DNA of 9,620 nucleotides from a virus (Duplodnaviria; Heunggongvirae; Uroviricota; Caudoviricetes): IMG/VR virus record IMGVR_UViG_2541047165_000034; one strand, 5' to 3'. Shown piece by piece: positions 6,872 to 9,620 of this stretch (position 1 is its first letter; each line of letters starts with the position of its first letter). The notes under the pieces were generated by a model. It saw only the letters and a program-made list of their open reading frames with translations, ran no database searches and was not told where the DNA came from. The position numbers and the translations under genes were made by a program.

Positions 6872-7051
6872 ATGGAAAGAGACCATATCAATAACAAATC
6901 ACAGAAATTACAGGCTCGCGCCCCGCATGAAGTTGTTGAGGCTATGGAGCAAGTAAAAGAAACAGGCGAGAGCACTGCGCAATTTATCGTTACAGCCATG
7001 CGAGGCGAGATCAAACGCCGCCAGCGCCGCAAGGCCAAAGAAGCGGAATAG
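6872..7051 (+). CDS. ribbon-helix-helix-like small DNA-binding protein (59 aa); candidate island regulator
   Basis: Not in the ORF track. ATG at 6872 with AAGGGA 8 nt upstream and TAG at 7049-7051. Translation: MERDHINNKSQKLQARAPHEVVEAMEQVKETGESTAQFIVTAMRGEIKRRQRRKAKEAE. It shows the strand-helix-helix pattern of CopG/Arc-type proteins. An intrinsic terminator lies downstream. Confidence 0.6.
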   Translation: MERDHINNKSQKLQARAPHEVVEAMEQVKETGESTAQFIVTAMRGEIKRRQRRKAKEAE

Positions 7052-7141
7052 TCCACCAGCAAGCCAGCACACTGATCACATTGCCCACCAGCCGCAAATG
7101 TGGCATTGTTGGTGATGCTTTTGTTTTCCCTTGTTCCCACT

Positions 7142-7170
7142 GGCGACCCTTTTGCGGTCGCCTTTGTTTT
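7142..7170 (+). terminator. rho-independent terminator for the RHH gene
   Basis: Stem GGCGACC (7142-7148) / GGTCGCC (7156-7162) with loop CTTTTGC, followed by TTTGTTTT (7163-7170). The minus-strand reading has no U-tract. Confidence 0.7.
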
Positions 7171-7189
7171 ATGTGCCATCACTCCCCCC

Positions 7190-7378
7190 TTACACCGTCT
7201 GCGTTCTGCGAGTGGATGCAAGATAAGCATCGAGATCAGTGCGCATATACAGCACTTTGCGCCCCAGCTTATGAAAAGGGATTTTTACCTTGCCAGTACA
7301 CGCCCAGTTAGCAAGAGTCTGGACACTTACCCCCAAATGCTCGGCAGCTTCTTTGCGGGTCATCTTTTCTAAATGCAT
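7190..7378 (-). CDS. excisionase-family / AlpA-like HTH DNA-binding protein (62 aa from the ATG; 65 aa from GTG at 7387)
   Basis: Translation MHLEKMTRKEAAEHLGVSVQTLANWACTGKVKIPFHKLGRKVLYMRTDLDAYLAS fits the MerR-like Xis/AlpA (HTH_17-type) pattern. GGTGA lies 7 nt upstream of the ATG at 7378. It sits downstream of int in the same orientation, as in PICI-type islands. Confidence 0.8.
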   Translation of the reverse strand: MHLEKMTRKEAAEHLGVSVQTLANWACTGKVKIPFHKLGRKVLYMRTDLDAYLASTRRTQTV

Positions 7379-7387
7379 GAGTATCAC

Positions 7388-7519
7388 CGTATACTTCTGA
7401 TTAAGAACAGGTATACGTTATTTAGCGACAGGGAACTCTTGAAGACAGGAAAACCAGATACAAAATCGCATATCTGGTTTACCTGACTGAAATCTGGATT
7501 ACAGGGGATAAAACTGGAT
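7388..7519. promoter_or_regulatory. repeat-rich intergenic region upstream of the Xis/AlpA-like gene
   Basis: Inverted repeat CGTATAC (7388-7394) / GTATACG (7411-7417). A 10-bp inverted repeat AAACCAGATA (7451-7460) / TATCTGGTTT (7471-7480) with a 10-nt spacer. CTGGATT at 7494-7500 and 7514-7520, the same half-site as in O1/O3. Confidence 0.45.
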
Positions 7520-8206
7520 TTATTCTTTGTCTCCAATAACTAACTTAAAATCCCTGTTTTTTTGCGGGGATTTTGGATTCATCCCCGACTCCTTAAGCCA
7601 TCTCTCTATAGTCCCAACTACAGGGACATCATTCCATTTATTGCGTAAGTGCGCGTATATCTCTGCGGATAGCCCGGGTAAACTGGCATTAGGGTATTTT
7701 TTCCAAGTGTTACAAGCTATAGATAACGCTGTTGATTTATGCCTGTTTGTTTTTCCTTTCTTTGCTTTACTACGGTCTTCACTGATAATTTTCTTTACAT
7801 TAGCTATATCACGTACTGATTTTAATAAACTCTCCGACACTAAAACCGCATATCTTTCACGTAACTGGTCTGCCAGTCTGTTGAAACCAAGAACTTCAAA
7901 TATAATAGCAGCTTTCAAAACATCATTGAATTCTGAATATACACTATTAAATTTTTTATCAATATCATCACCATACCCAGCACATACAGAAATATTAACC
8001 TTTAAATCCTTATTTTCTATCTCTGACGATAATGATAATCTCTCCTCCAGAGACATTTTAGATGGCGTGATATTTGCCATATCGCATATCATTTTTTTTA
8101 CAAAAGCAGACGCCAGCTCATCTCTAATATAATCTGCAATAGTATTAATATCCTTCGCATCATTATGGTCAAATTCAATTGCAGCAATGATTTTATTTTC
8201 TGACAT
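7520..8206 (-). CDS. hypothetical protein (228 aa), AT-rich; acidic helical N-terminal region and basic, possibly HTH-like C-terminal region
   Basis: The ATG at 8206 lies inside the last codons of int (14-nt overlap) with GGTGG 5 nt upstream. Composition is protein-like, whereas the antisense ORF 7527-8132 is S/L/F-rich. GC content is well below the flanking int and xis genes. No family recognised. Confidence 0.8.
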   Translation of the reverse strand: MSENKIIAAIEFDHNDAKDINTIADYIRDELASAFVKKMICDMANITPSKMSLEERLSLSSEIENKDLKVNISVCAGYGDDIDKKFNSVYSEFNDVLKAAIIFEVLGFNRLADQLRERYAVLVSESLLKSVRDIANVKKIISEDRSKAKKGKTNRHKSTALSIACNTWKKYPNASLPGLSAEIYAHLRNKWNDVPVVGTIERWLKESGMNPKSPQKNRDFKLVIGDKE

Positions 8207-9620
8207 TCAAACCACCATTTGAATTAACGATACTAAATAGTAATGCGCGTTTCTCACTGTCACTCATACTCTCCAGTACAGAAAGCAATTGCGTATCGAT
8301 AGATTTTTTACTCTCAACTAGCCCGGCATGTTCCAGAATTGCCCGTTCTATCCGTGATGCAGGCTCCAGCAGTTCATCAGCACCGAAATGTAAATACCCC
8401 TGCGTTACGTCGGCACTTCGCATAGTGCGGTGATTCATCAGGCGCTTGAGGATGTAATTACCCACGCCCACCAGCTCAGCAACCGTTCCGAACGTCCGGC
8501 GTGCGTCGTGCCACTTAAACGGGACAGGGAAGAGCATTTCATCGTTCGCCTCAGGAATGGTAGCCGCGCTTATCCGGTCTATGATGTGCCGTGTCTCCTG
8601 AATCACTCCCTTCACGCCAGGAAACACCAGCACATCATCAGCAGCTTTGTTGTTTAGCCTGCGAAGAAACATTTTCCGCAACGTATCAGTGATCGGTAAT
8701 TCGAGCGGATCCCCGTTTTTCGTGGTGTCTATCCAGAAAAAGCGACCGCCCATATTCACGCGATCCCACGTAAGGCCAAAAACTTCTGATTTCCTCAGTC
8801 CGGTAAACAGTGCCATTTCCACGGCATCACATACCGTAACAGCTATATCATCCCTTTCCTGTTCGCCCTGGTCGCGCACAGCAGCTACAGCAGCAAACCA
8901 GCGGGGAAAATCATGCAGGCGGATACGTTCCGTTTTTCTTACCGTTCCGTGCCACTGGCGCTTGGTGCTCAGTACCAGAGTCGGCGGATCCGGTAAAAGA
9001 GTATTACCCGCATCATCACGGTAATGATCATGCGCAAACCGACACACAGCACGTAGCGCACGCGCCCATAAATCGGCCTGTGCCTTGCTTCCTGTACCAA
9101 CCCCAGCCCGTAACGTGGTTTTATCAGCACCGAACCATACAGCCCCATCAGTGATGGCCTTATGCCGTTGTTCCACCCGTTCGCGGGAAATACTGGCGAG
9201 GGTATGGGCCATCCAGTCACCGGAATAATTCTGTAATATGCTGCGGTACTGTTTTTCTGTGGCGGGTTTCAGGCGGTGGCCACGATTTTTTACGTAGGCG
9301 TCAATCGCCTCACTCAGCGTTATCATGGCCTTGTTGTTAGTGCGCTTTGCTATGTTCGGATTTATCCCCGTTGTGGCGACTTCGCCAAGGAGTTCCATAG
9401 CTTTAGCCCTGGCATTATCCACGCTCAGATCAGGAAAACGCCCCAGCGTTGCACGAATAAATTTTCCGTTACGCTTACGGGAAATGCAGAAACTTTTCAC
9501 ACCAGACGAACCTACACGGACACGCAGCCCGTTAACCTCCGTATCACCATATTCGACCTGTCCATGTTCCGGCGTTGGCAGTTCTGCAATTTTTACTTTA
9601 GAGAATCTGAATAATTTCAC
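8193..9620 (-). CDS. int: tyrosine site-specific integrase, P4-type, with arm-binding N-terminal domain
   Basis: N-terminal region GLRVRVGSSGVKSFCISRKRNGKFIRATLGRFPDLSVDNARAKAMELL resembles the arm-DNA-binding domain of P4-like integrases. The C-terminal catalytic region has HDARRTF, LMNH and GYLH. The ORF reaches the window edge with GTG at 9618-9620, so the true start may lie at or beyond the edge. Confidence 0.92.
   Translation of the reverse strand: MKLFRFSKVKIAELPTPEHGQVEYGDTEVNGLRVRVGSSGVKSFCISRKRNGKFIRATLGRFPDLSVDNARAKAMELLGEVATTGINPNIAKRTNNKAMITLSEAIDAYVKNRGHRLKPATEKQYRSILQNYSGDWMAHTLASISRERVEQRHKAITDGAVWFGADKTTLRAGVGTGSKAQADLWARALRAVCRFAHDHYRDDAGNTLLPDPPTLVLSTKRQWHGTVRKTERIRLHDFPRWFAAVAAVRDQGEQERDDIAVTVCDAVEMALFTGLRKSEVFGLTWDRVNMGGRFFWIDTTKNGDPLELPITDTLRKMFLRRLNNKAADDVLVFPGVKGVIQETRHIIDRISAATIPEANDEMLFPVPFKWHDARRTFGTVAELVGVGNYILKRLMNHRTMRSADVTQGYLHFGADELLEPASRIERAILEHAGLVESKKSIDTQLLSVLESMSDSEKRALLFSIVNSNGGLNVRK

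Noticed and set aside
6472-7230. 252-aa minus-strand ORF spanning the control region and the RHH gene
   Set aside because: Only the last 67 codons, from the ATG at 6675 with its RBS, look coding. The rest runs through the operator palindromes and antisense to the RHH ORF, and its composition is low-complexity.
7081-7372. Plus-strand ORFs 7081-7311 and 7100-7372
   Set aside because: They overlap the terminator and are antisense to the Xis/AlpA-like gene.
7527-8132. 201-aa plus-strand ORF antisense to the 228-aa gene
   Set aside because: S/L/F/I-rich antisense-like composition and no RBS context. The minus-strand ORF is co-oriented with int and has an RBS and start coupled to the int stop.
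8430-9614. Plus-strand ORFs inside int (8430-8657, 8647-9024, 9276-9614) and minus-strand ORF 8969-9220
   Set aside because: They are antisense or out of frame within a clearly recognisable integrase.
1-9620. CRISPR array, tRNA or rRNA genes
   Set aside because: No regularly spaced identical repeats with unique spacers and no tRNA-like cloverleaf candidates were seen. The att-site tRNA is probably beyond position 9620.

Overview
The window looks like the integrase-proximal part of an integrated phage satellite: a PICI / capsid-forming-PICI-like island with a P4-type replication module. It is transcribed almost entirely on the minus strand. Reading right to left: tyrosine integrase (8193-9620, N-terminus at the window edge), an AT-rich 228-aa ORF whose start overlaps the integrase stop (7520-8206), an Xis/AlpA-like HTH protein (7190-7378), a convergent 59-codon ribbon-helix-helix ORF on the plus strand that the ORF track missed (6872-7051), an operator-rich divergent control region (6676-6871), then a translationally coupled operon of an Icd-like small protein (6472-6675), two AT-rich small ORFs (6159-6479, 5853-6152) and a P4 alpha-like replication initiator with a D5_N/SF3-helicase core (4039-5856). 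Downstream lie an iteron array with nine perfect TGTTCACC/GGTGAACA octamers (3796-4030, putative ori), an 81-aa ORF, an SSB (3087-3509), and a prohead protease-scaffold-major capsid fusion (540-2429) flanked by small ORFs. Two copies of a ~180-bp imperfect direct repeat (353-535 and 2887-3070) each carry a minus-strand intrinsic terminator and sit between operons. No tRNA, rRNA or CRISPR array is visible. The best candidates for undescribed cargo are the AT-rich 228-aa gene beside the integrase and the AT-rich two-gene cassette inside the replication operon; neither matches a family I recognise. All family assignments are from reading the translations by eye, without any database search.
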